From the NCBI GenBank assembly GCA_041749185.1, contig JBGTBV010000146.1:4898-68897 (forward strand): 64,000 bases of DNA, written 5' to 3'. Below are positions 20,601 to 30,051 of this stretch, in pieces. The stretch is from Daejeonella sp. Lineage in GTDB: Bacteria > Bacteroidota > Bacteroidia > Sphingobacteriales > Sphingobacteriaceae. The notes below the pieces were generated by a model. It did not search any database. It was not told the DNA's origin and saw only the letters and a list, made by a program, of their open reading frames with translations. The translations under genes were made by a program, and so were the position numbers. The first letter of the stretch is position 1. Each line of letters opens with the position of its first letter.

Positions 20601-21027
20601 CGTAGATATCTTTAAAACCATCGCTGTTAATATCAACAACGGTAACGCCTGTTTTCCAGTTTCCCGAACCTGCAACACCTGCCTTTTGGGTAATATCTTC
20701 AAACTTCAGATCACCTTTGTTAAGATATAATTTGTTCGACTCCTGGTTAGAAACAAAATACAAATCTTCTAAACCATCGTTATTAAAATCGGCGGAAGCC
20801 AACCCGGCGCCATTATAGAAATACAGATAATCGAGAATGTTCAATGAATCACTCTCGGTAATGTTGTTTGAAAACGCAAGCCCGGTCTTACCGGCATCCA
20901 GTAACTCAAAAAATCCCTTCTGCCCGTCGTCTTTATTTCCGTTACAGGAATACAAAGCTGCCAAAAATGTTAGCCCTGCACCGAGACAGAGTAAAGCATT
21001 TTTAGAAGAGCGGCGGGGACTTAGCAT
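17653..21027 (-). CDS. FG-GAP/VCBS-repeat lipoprotein with central UnbV/ASPIC-like domain (CRTAC1-like), paralog 1
   Basis: Lipoprotein signal (LAALYSC). There are 12 or more DxDxDG-type repeats (DFNNDGLEDLYF, DINSDGFKDIYV, DLDNDGDLDIVC ...). The central block GIGTKLFL...VWPDNSYQTL resembles the UnbV/ASPIC domain. Confidence 0.85.
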   Translation of the reverse strand: MLSPRRSSKNALLCLGAGLTFLAALYSCNGNKDDGQKGFFELLDAGKTGLAFSNNITESDSLNILDYLYFYNGAGLASADFNNDGLEDLYFVSNQESNKLYLNKGDLKFEDITQKAGVAGSGNWKTGVTVVDINSDGFKDIYVSVVSGYKSLKGKNQLYINNGNLTFSEKAADYGLDFSGLSTQASFFDYDKDGDLDMFLLTHSVHSNDTYGDSTLRFKYNEIAGDHLFRNDDNKFTDVTQQSGIYAASIGYGLGLSISDFNNDGWDDIYVSNDFFEQDYYYINQKDGTFKEKLKEAFGHTSLFSMGSVAGDINLDGNLDIVSTDMLPADMKMLKTTINDEPLDIYNLEVKSGFYYQNSRNSLQLNVANGKKFVDIGLYAGVSATDWTWSPLIQDFDMDGRKDLFFSNGIKKRLNDLDYLKYLGDPTVLNDFDKNRKFDRTKIEKMPDGRVANVLYRGDSALKFTDVSAVNAMTKPSASAGTVYADLDNDGDLDIVCNNMDEPAFLYQNNTIRAGAEKKPAFLTFSVKFKGANMDGIGTKLFLRSRGGDVDHQEIQTSTAFQSNQNNNLLFTFANGDKPADLLLVWPDNSYQTLKDFTLQTNQKIVWDVAAVIASGNQISGVISDFVQGSSQFEYQNINAELIAEISVTETPDFNYYSLLPHSYLKHTPAIAVADINNDGFDDLYIGGIAGQEKYILVGNEAGKYNKVSVDAFSEYLGAADAEAQWVDLDNDKDLDLVVTNSEHPLIDFPSIKPNRIFMNLGNLKFEAKQLPAQLSPISKLAVIDYNGDGLKDILLAGAVYFKDYTRKMPSFLFLNRGNGNFEKAPPALFSELANIPFIRDLAVADLNADGKDDLVIAAEWQPIQVFLNDGKTLRKQNLPGLKNKSGWWQSATIADLDQDGKADLLAGNWGLNNKYNVAENQPLYGYNNDLDNDGKPDFILSYFYNGNHYPFRPKTDLEQELPFLKKEWLSYQKMADKTTSEIFKDRISEEGRLEVNSFSSIFISDVLRSETVTELPFLYQQAPLVSAAATADKNSLLINGNFWGAIPFEGKYDALGLAILEYNTSSKSFLPPKYWVNSFFNFNEISFISKLNPNKESNWIILTSEGKLLNVSIINSKAVLAKY

Positions 21028-21044
21028 AGTTTAGTTGATTTTTC

Positions 21045-24000
21045 TCAATTACCGGCTTTAGCACTGATTGCCGTTCCTGATTTAATTTTTGGATTCAGCC
21101 GGTACGTAATCAGTGTATCATTGTTTCTGCCGAATAAGTAAATTTGATTTTGATTTTTGTCCTGAACCACCAACGAAGAACGAACCTGGCCATTTAATTT
21201 CAAGCCGGTTTGGGTCGGGGGCAAATATTGGAATTTATCGTTTTTGAACCGAAATATTTGGCCGTAGCTGGCGTCAAGCCGCCCAACCTCAGGCTTAAAC
21301 CCATAAAAATTACCGGCCAGAATTAGCTCCTGTGTGCCATCGCTATCCAGATCATCAATTAAAATCGTGTTAACAGACGATAGTTGGGCCTGATACGGGA
21401 AGGGCTTAAAGCTGAACGGTTTGTTATTTCCGGCATTAACAAACACCCCGGATTGCAGAAGACTGATCTGCCGTACTTCGGCCTCATCGAGCAATTCCTG
21501 CGGGAACACTTCGCTGAAGGTCTTCCCCGCGTAATCTTCATATCTCAGAAATTTCTTTTTCAGAAAAGGAAGCTGACCCGTTAAATCTTGTTTCAGATGA
21601 AAAACGTATTCTTTGTTATCGTTTTTAAATAAGGACATTACGCTCTCTTTCGTGCCGTTGTTGTCAAAATCATTAATGTACAGCCTCATGGGCATTTTCT
21701 CAGAGGCCCTGAATTTTGAATTTGAACCGAGGTTTCCGGCAATAATGTCGGCATCGCCATCGCCATCAATGTCGCTGACTGCTACACTATTCCACCAGCC
21801 TTTGTAATCTTCCAGCCGCTTGTCGCGGATAAACTTTCCCTGCTGATTTTTAAAAATCAGAATGCCCATCCAGTTGCCCGTAATGATCAGGTCCTCGAAC
21901 CCATTTTTGTCTATATCCGCCCATTTAGCATCGGTAACCATCCCAAGGTTACTATTCGGCCCAAATATTTTTGCGGAAATATCCGAAAAATTGCCCCTGC
22001 CGTTGTTTAAAAGCAAGTAAGATTTCGGGGAACTTCCGTAACTGCCGGGTACGCTCCGGCCGGCAATAAACAAATCCATATCGCCATCATGATCAATATC
22101 TGAGGGAATAATTACCGAAGCATTTACAGAAACGGGGATTGTTCTTTCGGTATTTCGCGTCAGCTTACCCTTACCGTCATTTTCAAAAAAACGCGGATAA
22201 AGTACTTTCGAACCCGGTTCCTCTGCATTACCACCGAAAGTAACAATCAGGTCGGCATCGCCATCTCCATCAAAATCAGCTATAGCGCCGCCTGCGTTTT
22301 CCAGATAGATCTGCTTATTAAACTCATCGGGCACGTACTTTGTAAATTTGCCCGATTTACCGGAAAGATACACAGATGCGGTTTGATCTTTGGAAGCGCT
22401 CATGTAAAAATCGTCCAGACCGTCGCCGTTCAGATCGCCCGAGGCGAGATACGGGTTTTCTGTAGAAAGCATCTGGAGCATCAAACGCTCATTGTCAAAA
22501 TCAATGTAGTTGTCTTCTATATTTACCGGCGGAACAGCAAATGATTCGCTGTTTGCTTCAATTAGCAACGGTTGTTTAGATACCGGATTGTAAGAGTACG
22601 TTAAATTAGCATCATCCTGCTTAACGTTATACAGACTGTCTGATCTTAAAGATCGGAGAGTTTGATATTTTCCATCCGGCCAGATAACCTGAACAGAATC
22701 CGCGGTCTGATATTCTCCTAAACCTACGGTGATCAGATTGGGCGAAATGCTGCTCTGAAATCCGCGGGCTGGCTGGTGATAATAGGTAGTAACCTGATTT
22801 TTATTAAAGGTTTTAACGGTACTCCCCACCCCGTTTTTGTTCAACTTGTTGCCCGAAAGATGCAATTGGATGTAATGATTGCCCGAAATTTTCTCCGCGT
22901 TATTTTTGTAAATAAACAGAGGCATGTTTACGTTATTTACAATCAGGTCGTTATCGCCATCGTTATCTAAATCTCCGTAGGCGGCACCGTTGCTAAACGA
23001 TTCTTTGTTTAAGCCCAGTTCTTCAGAACGGTTTGAAAAGGTTAAGTTCTTATTATTGATAAACGCATAATTTGAAACCGGGGTTGATTTCATTTTATCG
23101 GTAAAGTCTTTAAAGTCGAATTTTTTACCCTGCGCAATCTTCTCCATATTATCCCTGTTGGCCAAAAACTCGATGTAATCCTGGTTGGTGAGATCTTTGA
23201 AAATACCGTTAGACACGAAAATATCTTTCCAGCCATCGTTGTTCATATCAAAAGTTAAGGCTCCCCAACTCCAGTCGGTAGCGGCCACCCCTGCATAAAA
23301 AGCGATTTCAGAAAAAGAACCGTCGCGGTTGTTAAGTTGCAGGGAATTTTGCATGTACTGATTGTAATAACCGTCCCGTTGCTTGGCTTTAACAATGTCG
23401 AAAGATTCAAACGAGGTCATCGTTTTTAAGCGTTTGTCTCCTTCGGGAAGCATTTCTGTAGTAAATACATCGTAAAACCCGTCGTTATTTATATCGGCGA
23501 TGTCTGATCCCATGGAGGCCAGGCTTAAATGACCAAAGCCCTCTTCAATACTTTCTCTAAAGGTTCCGTCGGCCTGATTTAAGTATAAATAATCGTGTTC
23601 AAAAAAATCGTTCGATACGTAGATATCCGGGTAACCGTCCTGGTTAATGTCTACCACAGAAAGCCCCAGACCGAAGCCAATATCACTGGAATAGATTCCG
23701 GCGCTGGCTGTCACGTCCAAAAATTTTCCAGAATCATTTCGGTATAGCCTGTCTCCGCCAAGCTCATCAACCTCCTGGCGCAGATTTTTGCTGAAGTCAA
23801 AACTACCTATCGGCCTGAACGAATTGTTCAACACATAGCAGTCGAGATCGCCGTCGAGGTCGTAATCAAAAAATACGGCGTGGGTAGACAGACCGCCGTC
23901 GGCCAGCCCGTATTTTTTGGCTTCATCTTTAAAACTTCCGTTTTGCTGGTTTACAAAAAGCTCGTTCTCGGTTTCGCCGCCTTGAGCATTGCCGCTATTG

Positions 24001-24386
24001 CAAACGTAGATATCCAGCCAGCCATCCGCATTGATGTCAACCATGGTTACGCCGGTGCTCCAGTATTTAGAACCTTTTACGCCTGCCTTCTCGGCGATGT
24101 TCTCAAATTTCCAGGCTCCGTTATTAATAAGCAACTGGTTATCGCCCTGGTTTGACGTGAGGTACACATCGTTAACGCCGTCGTTATTCACATCGCCAAT
24201 GGCTACCCCGCCACCGTTGTAATAATTGCGGAATGTAAACACGTTTGTCCCCTGCTTATCCTCCAAATTGTTTGCAAAGTTTACACCGATGCTTTCGTTG
24301 CTTTGAAGAGAAAAAAGCGTCTGCTCTTTTTTGGAACACGAACCAAATATCGTGGCTGTAAAAAGAAAAATAATAGTTCTATCCAT
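21045..24386 (-). CDS. FG-GAP/VCBS-repeat lipoprotein with central UnbV/ASPIC-like domain, paralog 2
   Basis: Same architecture as paralog 1 (DVNNDGVNDVYL, DINADGWLDIYV, GVGSTVKT...IWPDGKYQTL). I prefer the ATG at 24386 (MDRTIIFLFTATIFGSCS, lipobox), because the ORF-track start at 24413 lies inside a terminator hairpin. Confidence 0.85.
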   Translation of the reverse strand: MDRTIIFLFTATIFGSCSKKEQTLFSLQSNESIGVNFANNLEDKQGTNVFTFRNYYNGGGVAIGDVNNDGVNDVYLTSNQGDNQLLINNGAWKFENIAEKAGVKGSKYWSTGVTMVDINADGWLDIYVCNSGNAQGGETENELFVNQQNGSFKDEAKKYGLADGGLSTHAVFFDYDLDGDLDCYVLNNSFRPIGSFDFSKNLRQEVDELGGDRLYRNDSGKFLDVTASAGIYSSDIGFGLGLSVVDINQDGYPDIYVSNDFFEHDYLYLNQADGTFRESIEEGFGHLSLASMGSDIADINNDGFYDVFTTEMLPEGDKRLKTMTSFESFDIVKAKQRDGYYNQYMQNSLQLNNRDGSFSEIAFYAGVAATDWSWGALTFDMNNDGWKDIFVSNGIFKDLTNQDYIEFLANRDNMEKIAQGKKFDFKDFTDKMKSTPVSNYAFINNKNLTFSNRSEELGLNKESFSNGAAYGDLDNDGDNDLIVNNVNMPLFIYKNNAEKISGNHYIQLHLSGNKLNKNGVGSTVKTFNKNQVTTYYHQPARGFQSSISPNLITVGLGEYQTADSVQVIWPDGKYQTLRSLRSDSLYNVKQDDANLTYSYNPVSKQPLLIEANSESFAVPPVNIEDNYIDFDNERLMLQMLSTENPYLASGDLNGDGLDDFYMSASKDQTASVYLSGKSGKFTKYVPDEFNKQIYLENAGGAIADFDGDGDADLIVTFGGNAEEPGSKVLYPRFFENDGKGKLTRNTERTIPVSVNASVIIPSDIDHDGDMDLFIAGRSVPGSYGSSPKSYLLLNNGRGNFSDISAKIFGPNSNLGMVTDAKWADIDKNGFEDLIITGNWMGILIFKNQQGKFIRDKRLEDYKGWWNSVAVSDIDGDGDADIIAGNLGSNSKFRASEKMPMRLYINDFDNNGTKESVMSLFKNDNKEYVFHLKQDLTGQLPFLKKKFLRYEDYAGKTFSEVFPQELLDEAEVRQISLLQSGVFVNAGNNKPFSFKPFPYQAQLSSVNTILIDDLDSDGTQELILAGNFYGFKPEVGRLDASYGQIFRFKNDKFQYLPPTQTGLKLNGQVRSSLVVQDKNQNQIYLFGRNNDTLITYRLNPKIKSGTAISAKAGN

Positions 24387-24400
24387 CAAAAAGTAGACAT

Positions 24401-24431
24401 TAAAAAAGCGCATCGTTAATTAACGATGCGC
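24401..24431 (-). terminator. intrinsic terminator/attenuator between susD-like gene and the VCBS genes
   Basis: A 24-nt perfect palindrome gcgcatcgttaattaacgatgcgc (24408..24431), followed on the minus strand by a run of six T. Confidence 0.75.
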
Positions 24432-24469
24432 TTAAATTAACAAAAATCTATGCGATTTAAACCCGGTTA

Positions 24470-25999
24470 TTAATAACCAGCGTTTTGTGTCAAATTAGGA
24501 TTAGTATCAACAGCCCGTTGCGGTATTGGAAATAACGTACGGCTTGGATCTGATTTTGTTGCTCGCTGATCAACCGGCTCGTTGAACGTGCCGAAACGGA
24601 TCTGGTCATTTCGTCTCCAGCCTTCCCAGTACAATTCGCGGCCACGCTCTGCTAACAATGAAGTGGCATCCACAGAAGCAACCGGAGTTGCACCCCGAAC
24701 GGTTCTCAGGTTATTTACAAGAACCAACGGGGTTTGACCTTGAGGATCGGTTCCACCGCGAAGTATGGCTTCCGCTTTCATTAGCAGAACGTCTGCGTAG
24801 CGTAAAAACACATAATCATTACCAGCCTGTTCGATAATATTATCGTTTGCAGCATTGGGTTTTGGAATATATTTGATTACTCGTATACCCTGATTTTCTG
24901 TCGAGAACAAAAGATTTGCGTTTTCTGTGAAAATTAGCGGATTCCCACTTCTGTCTTTCAGCGCTACATTGTTCGGCCCAAATTGCTGACCGATTAAAAA
25001 TCCGGAGCGCAAACCGATCCGATCAGTTAATCCTGGAAAGCTTCCGCCAATTCGCTGATCGTTGGCTTCGAAAGATTTGTAAAAATCAGCCAACGTTGTA
25101 AATCCATTCCATCCTCCCGGGGTTTGATTGTAATGCAAAGTCATCCGAAAACGATTCTGCACATTACCAATTGCGGCACCTTCATTGTTTGGTATAACGA
25201 AGATTAATTCGGTAGAGGCAGTTGAATTATCTGGAGTAAAGTTGTTAAAATAGGTTGAAGATAAAGACTTGCCAGTTATTTTGTTCGTGTATTCAATGGC
25301 TTTGTCCATATCCGCCTTTGCGAAGGTAAAGGGACCGCCCACTGTTGCAGCAGTATAAACTGCTTTGTTTAGATATACTTTTGCTAACAGTGCCTGTGCT
25401 GCGGCTTTATTTGCTTTTCCCGGATCACCGGCAGAAAGGTTAGCCTCGGCAAATTCCAGATCCTTGATAATGAAATCAGTCGCTTCCGTCCGCGTGAAAA
25501 CTTTAGGATTTGTTTCTGGAGAGTCGGTAAGCTCACGAAATGGCTGTTGACCGAAAAGGTCAACTACCTGAAACATAAAGAACGCACGCAGAAAGCTAGC
25601 CTCTCCTTTAATCTGATTATCTGTTGCTTTGTCAATTACTTGCGTAGCACGATAAATACCAGTATTCAGTTGATCCCAGCTACTGTTTATCTGATTATGA
25701 AACGGGTCCCAGGTGTGCTGGTGTAATTTACGCCAGGTTCCAAAATCACCCCAGTCTGTTCCTCGGGTTGGACCCATCATCTCATCTGTAGAATGTTCCT
25801 GGAGTGCGTACACGTTAGATTGATCGGAAAAGCCATTTAAAACTGAATAAACACTTCCTAAATCTGCCGTAGACGCAGTATTACTGGTATTTACAAACTT
25901 CGATCCCAACGCCTCTTCATCCAATTTGGTACAGCTTGATGCACTAAGTATCAAGGCACTACAGCACGTTGCTAAAACTTTAAAATTTAAATTTTTCAT
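24470..25999 (-). CDS. RagB/SusD-family nutrient-binding outer-membrane lipoprotein
   Basis: Lipoprotein signal (LSASSC), located 20 nt downstream of the SusC-like gene, with typical size and SusD-like TPR-rich composition (RAFFMFQVVDLFG, LRYADVLLMKAEA). Confidence 0.9.
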   Translation of the reverse strand: MKNLNFKVLATCCSALILSASSCTKLDEEALGSKFVNTSNTASTADLGSVYSVLNGFSDQSNVYALQEHSTDEMMGPTRGTDWGDFGTWRKLHQHTWDPFHNQINSSWDQLNTGIYRATQVIDKATDNQIKGEASFLRAFFMFQVVDLFGQQPFRELTDSPETNPKVFTRTEATDFIIKDLEFAEANLSAGDPGKANKAAAQALLAKVYLNKAVYTAATVGGPFTFAKADMDKAIEYTNKITGKSLSSTYFNNFTPDNSTASTELIFVIPNNEGAAIGNVQNRFRMTLHYNQTPGGWNGFTTLADFYKSFEANDQRIGGSFPGLTDRIGLRSGFLIGQQFGPNNVALKDRSGNPLIFTENANLLFSTENQGIRVIKYIPKPNAANDNIIEQAGNDYVFLRYADVLLMKAEAILRGGTDPQGQTPLVLVNNLRTVRGATPVASVDATSLLAERGRELYWEGWRRNDQIRFGTFNEPVDQRATKSDPSRTLFPIPQRAVDTNPNLTQNAGY

Positions 26000-26019
26000 C
26001 TTATTATGCGATTTAATAA

Positions 26020-29004
26020 TTAAAATCCGGCGTTAATACCAAGAGTAAAAGTTCTGGCACTAGGATATGAGGTATAATCAATTCCCCGGGACGGAACAGA
26101 ATTTCTGGCTTTATTCGTATTTACTTCAGGATCTAAACCAGAATAGTCAGTGATTAAAAATAAATTCTGACCTGATAAAGATACCCTTAAATTTTTAAAC
26201 GTTTTCATATTGGCGGTATTGAATGTGTATCCAATGGTTGCATTTGACAAGCGCAAAAAGTCGCCCTTCTCCAGAAAACGGGTTGAAACCTCAGGAGCGT
26301 TTAACGCGTCTTCAGGGCTTTGAGACACATCGACTGTCACGTTTCTTCCGTTCTTCAAACTTCCCTTGGTAAATAAAGCGTTGGCTGTATTATTATATAC
26401 GAAGAAACCGGTTGAAGCGTTGAGGAAAAAACTCGCATTCCACTGACCGAAATTGAAATTGTTTGTCAAGCCTGCATTAAAGGTTGGCAATGCACTTCCT
26501 ACCACACCAAATGCGGCATCATTCGGATAAATTGCTAATCCGTTTGCGTCATATCCATTAAACGTTGGCAGGTTAAATGATGCCAATGGGAATCCATTAC
26601 GGATGGTTTGAACGTATGCTCCAGATAAACCCTGACCGTTGATATCGCCGGTAATCACCGTAGTATTTCCGAAATTCTCAACTGTATTATCTAAAAAGGT
26701 CATATTATACAATACCTCCCATCCAAATTTCGGTGACTGGATAGCCTGCAAATTCAATCCAACCTCCACACCTTTATTTATTACGTTACCGTCAAGATTT
26801 GTCCATCTTCTGCTATTCGCCGTGGGTTGTGCAAAATCCTGCAAGAATAAAAGGTCTTTTGTAGATTTGTTGAAATAGTCAACGGTACCACCAATACGGC
26901 CATTAAGGATAGCAAAGTCAACTCCGGCACCATATTGGGTAGTTGTCTCCCACTTGATATTCGGATTGGCATCGTTAAGTATAACTACGTCACCATTTAG
27001 CTGGCGCTGTGAAAGTTGTAACGCCGCCCCACCAGGATATTCCTGATTACCAGTTTGCCCGTAATTTAAACGTAAACTCAACTCGCTAAACAACTTTTTA
27101 GGGCCAAACGACTCGTTCATGATCTTCCACTTTCCGGCCAAGGCAGGGAAATAAGCATACTTGTTATTCTCACCAAATTTAGATGAACCGTCTGAGCGCA
27201 ATGTTGCAGTAATCAGGTATCTGTCTTTTATATTGTAGTTTAAACGTGTAAAGTAAGACTGGAGCTCATTCCGGGTGCTATCGCCGAAACGGGGAACCCG
27301 TTTAGTGAATTTAGAGAGATCCTGTTCAAGCATATTTGGAGTAGTTGTATTAGCCGCTACGTCAAAAAATGCGTTATTTTTAAAGTCCTGATAAGACAAA
27401 CCTACTAAAGCAGTAAGTGGATTGCCAGCCACATTTACATCATATGTAAGGGTGTTTTCAATCAGCGTTGTTTGCAATTTATAGGTCTGCTGAATAGCCC
27501 TTCCGTTTCCGCTAACCTGGTCAACGGTAATTCCTCTGAAATTGGCCCCGCCAGTATAACCCTGAAGCCTTGGATCCAGATAGGTTTCTCTAAAGCTCTT
27601 GGAATCATCGTAGCCAAAAGTCAGTTTGTAGGCAAGCCCTTTAACAATATTCCAGGTACCGCTGATGTTTGCGAGATACCGGTTTATGTCGTCATTGTCG
27701 TCAATCAAACTTAACATTGCCGCGGGATTTCTAAAATCTCCACCCGGATTAAAAAATGTTCCGTCGGTATTTCTAACGGGATAAGTAGGATTTGCCTGAA
27801 TAGCCGCACCGATCAAACTTCCCTGAAAACCAGCGTTATCTGAAATGGGAGCGTAATCGTTTCTTACGTTCGATCCTGTAACCGAAAGATCAATTCTGAC
27901 TTTATCGTTAAACAAGTTTCGTGAGCCATTTAACCTACCGGTAAACCGGGACAAGGATGAGTTTTTAACAGTTCCGTCAATTTTATCATATCCTGCGGAA
28001 AAACGGTAGTTTCCTTTATTAGAAGCACCACCATAGCCCAGATTGTAATTTTGTGAAACACCGGTTCTGAAAATCTGATCTTGCCAATCGGTATTTGCTT
28101 CGCGATCAACTTCTGATGGATTTCCACCTGCGGCCTGAATACCTGCAAGAAATTGAGAAGCATTCAACAGATCATAACGATTTGCTGTATTCGCCACGCT
28201 GGTTGAAACTCCAAAAACCAATCCCTGGCCCGAAGTTCCTTTTTTGGTAGTGATTAATACCACACCATTGGCACCTCTTGATCCGTATATAGCGGAAGCA
28301 GACGCATCTTTTAGAATACTGATGTTCTCTATATCAGAGGGGTTTAAAAACGCAAGCGGGTTTCGGGCAGATGATCCACCGGCACCACTATCAAATCCTC
28401 CTGATGTGCCGCCACCATCAATGGGCACACCATCAATAACAAATAAGGGATTGTTTCCACTACGGATGGATCCGGTACCGCGGATGTTAATGGTAACACC
28501 AGAACCGGGCTCGCCGCTTGCCGGTGTTACCTGCACACCAGAAACACGGCCCTGGAGCAACTGCTCTGGCGTAGAAATTACCCCTTTATTAAATTCTTTT
28601 TCACCCAATGATGCTACCGAGCCGGTGGCGTCTTTAACTTTTTGCGTGCCGTAGCCCACAACAACAACTTCATTTAATGCAGTGCTGCTTCCTTCTAAAG
28701 CAACATTAACGGTGGTTCGGCCGGTAATGCTCACATCCTGATTGTTGTAGCCTAAATAAGAAAAAACAAGTGTGGCAGTATTTTCCGGAACAACCAGCCG
28801 GTAAGTTCCGTCAACTCCGGTACTGGTACCGGTAGACGTACCTTTAATTGCGACTGAAACGCCAATTAAAGGTTGGTTGTCCTTGCTGTCAGTTACCGTT
28901 CCGGTTATTGTTTTGTTCTGCGCAAAGGCCGAACCGCAAACAAAAAACAAAAGCAGACTGAAGCAGAACCTCGAAAGTAAAATCTTTAAGTTCATAGTAA
29001 TCAT
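26020..29004 (-). CDS. SusC/RagA-family TonB-linked outer-membrane transporter
   Basis: Signal peptide, a carboxypeptidase-regulatory-like domain (ITGTVTDSKDNQPLIGVSV), a SusC-type plug (VVVGYGTQKVKDATGSV, ILKDASASAIYGSRGANGVVLITTKKG) and a C-terminal aromatic residue. The first ATG is at 29004; the ORF-track start at 29019 is a TTG. Confidence 0.92.
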   Translation of the reverse strand: MITMNLKILLSRFCFSLLLFFVCGSAFAQNKTITGTVTDSKDNQPLIGVSVAIKGTSTGTSTGVDGTYRLVVPENTATLVFSYLGYNNQDVSITGRTTVNVALEGSSTALNEVVVVGYGTQKVKDATGSVASLGEKEFNKGVISTPEQLLQGRVSGVQVTPASGEPGSGVTINIRGTGSIRSGNNPLFVIDGVPIDGGGTSGGFDSGAGGSSARNPLAFLNPSDIENISILKDASASAIYGSRGANGVVLITTKKGTSGQGLVFGVSTSVANTANRYDLLNASQFLAGIQAAGGNPSEVDREANTDWQDQIFRTGVSQNYNLGYGGASNKGNYRFSAGYDKIDGTVKNSSLSRFTGRLNGSRNLFNDKVRIDLSVTGSNVRNDYAPISDNAGFQGSLIGAAIQANPTYPVRNTDGTFFNPGGDFRNPAAMLSLIDDNDDINRYLANISGTWNIVKGLAYKLTFGYDDSKSFRETYLDPRLQGYTGGANFRGITVDQVSGNGRAIQQTYKLQTTLIENTLTYDVNVAGNPLTALVGLSYQDFKNNAFFDVAANTTTPNMLEQDLSKFTKRVPRFGDSTRNELQSYFTRLNYNIKDRYLITATLRSDGSSKFGENNKYAYFPALAGKWKIMNESFGPKKLFSELSLRLNYGQTGNQEYPGGAALQLSQRQLNGDVVILNDANPNIKWETTTQYGAGVDFAILNGRIGGTVDYFNKSTKDLLFLQDFAQPTANSRRWTNLDGNVINKGVEVGLNLQAIQSPKFGWEVLYNMTFLDNTVENFGNTTVITGDINGQGLSGAYVQTIRNGFPLASFNLPTFNGYDANGLAIYPNDAAFGVVGSALPTFNAGLTNNFNFGQWNASFFLNASTGFFVYNNTANALFTKGSLKNGRNVTVDVSQSPEDALNAPEVSTRFLEKGDFLRLSNATIGYTFNTANMKTFKNLRVSLSGQNLFLITDYSGLDPEVNTNKARNSVPSRGIDYTSYPSARTFTLGINAGF

Positions 29005-29265
29005 GTTAGTTAAATTCAAATTGGTTAGTTTATAAATTGGGATATTCTTAAGATAAAGTTAAGTAATTGTACTTGATACACAAATAAAGCAATATTTTTT
29101 TTTTGACCTTGAAAGTGCTTTAAAGCGGGTTTTTGGTGGAAGTTGAAAAAATTATTTTAAACCCAACTGCAAATCAGGAAATTTATGGCGTTAAAAATAT
29201 ATAATGCTATCTAAACAATTTCCGCGACCGCGACTTGTTGGGCATGTTTGGTCTATCGCTCTTAA

Positions 29266-29961
29266 TTATTTACTAAAGGAAAGTTCTTTCTGAAACAGTT
29301 TCGCGTATTTTCTGCGGTCAAATTTATAAAGCTTCGCCGCTCTGTAAGATACGCCTTTTTGCTTCTCGTCAAGCTCTTTTAAAATGCCGTAGTTGAGCAT
29401 TTTTTTTCTAAAGTTTCGTTTATCCAGCGAAGTATTAAGAATCACTTCGTATAAATGCTGCAATTGCGTTAGCGTAAATTTTTCTGGAAGCAACTCAAAT
29501 GCAATAGGCTGGTAACTTATTTTGTTGCGAATTTTAATAAAGCCTTTTTCAAAAATTTTGGGATGATCAAAAGCCAGTTTCGGGAGATCTTTTACCGGGT
29601 ACCAAACCGCTTTCCGTGCAAATGAAGTTACTGGCTTCAATTCTTTGGTGCCGTTCAGCCTGATCATGGCGTAATAAGCAACCGTAACCACCCTGCCCTG
29701 GGGATGCCTGCCCACATCACCGAAGGTATAAAACTGCTCCATAAAAATATCACGCAGCCCGGTTAGTTCATACAGTATTCGCTCGGCGGCAACATCTAAA
29801 CTCTCGTTTTCTTCAACTAAATATCCAGGCAAGGCCCACCAGTCTTTAAATGGTTCTTCGTTTCGCTCAATTAAGAGTATTTTTAACTCTCCTTCGTCAA
29901 AACCGAATATTACACAATCTATAGAGAATACTGAATCAAACGTAGGCAGGATAGCTTCCAA
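29266..29961 (-). CDS. Nudix-fold + winged-helix transcriptional regulator (NrtR-like)
   Basis: The N-terminal Nudix fold has a degenerate Nudix box GYLVEENESLDVAAERILYELTGL, and the C-terminal ~80 aa are basic and helix-rich. It must start at TTG 29961, because there is no in-frame ATG near the N-terminus. Confidence 0.7.
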   Translation of the reverse strand: MEAILPTFDSVFSIDCVIFGFDEGELKILLIERNEEPFKDWWALPGYLVEENESLDVAAERILYELTGLRDIFMEQFYTFGDVGRHPQGRVVTVAYYAMIRLNGTKELKPVTSFARKAVWYPVKDLPKLAFDHPKIFEKGFIKIRNKISYQPIAFELLPEKFTLTQLQHLYEVILNTSLDKRNFRKKMLNYGILKELDEKQKGVSYRAAKLYKFDRRKYAKLFQKELSFSK

Positions 29962-30036
29962 ATTTTTCTGATTTTTTTGATCGTTAAAGATATAAGGATA
30001 ATCAGGAAGCGGGGAATTTTTTACAAATTCTCCTTA

Positions 30037-30051
30037 GTGTAAATTATACAC
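30037..30051. promoter_or_regulatory. inverted repeat GTGTA-AATTA-TACAC between the Nudix regulator and pfkA
   Basis: Read directly in the 121-bp divergent intergenic region. Confidence 0.25.
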
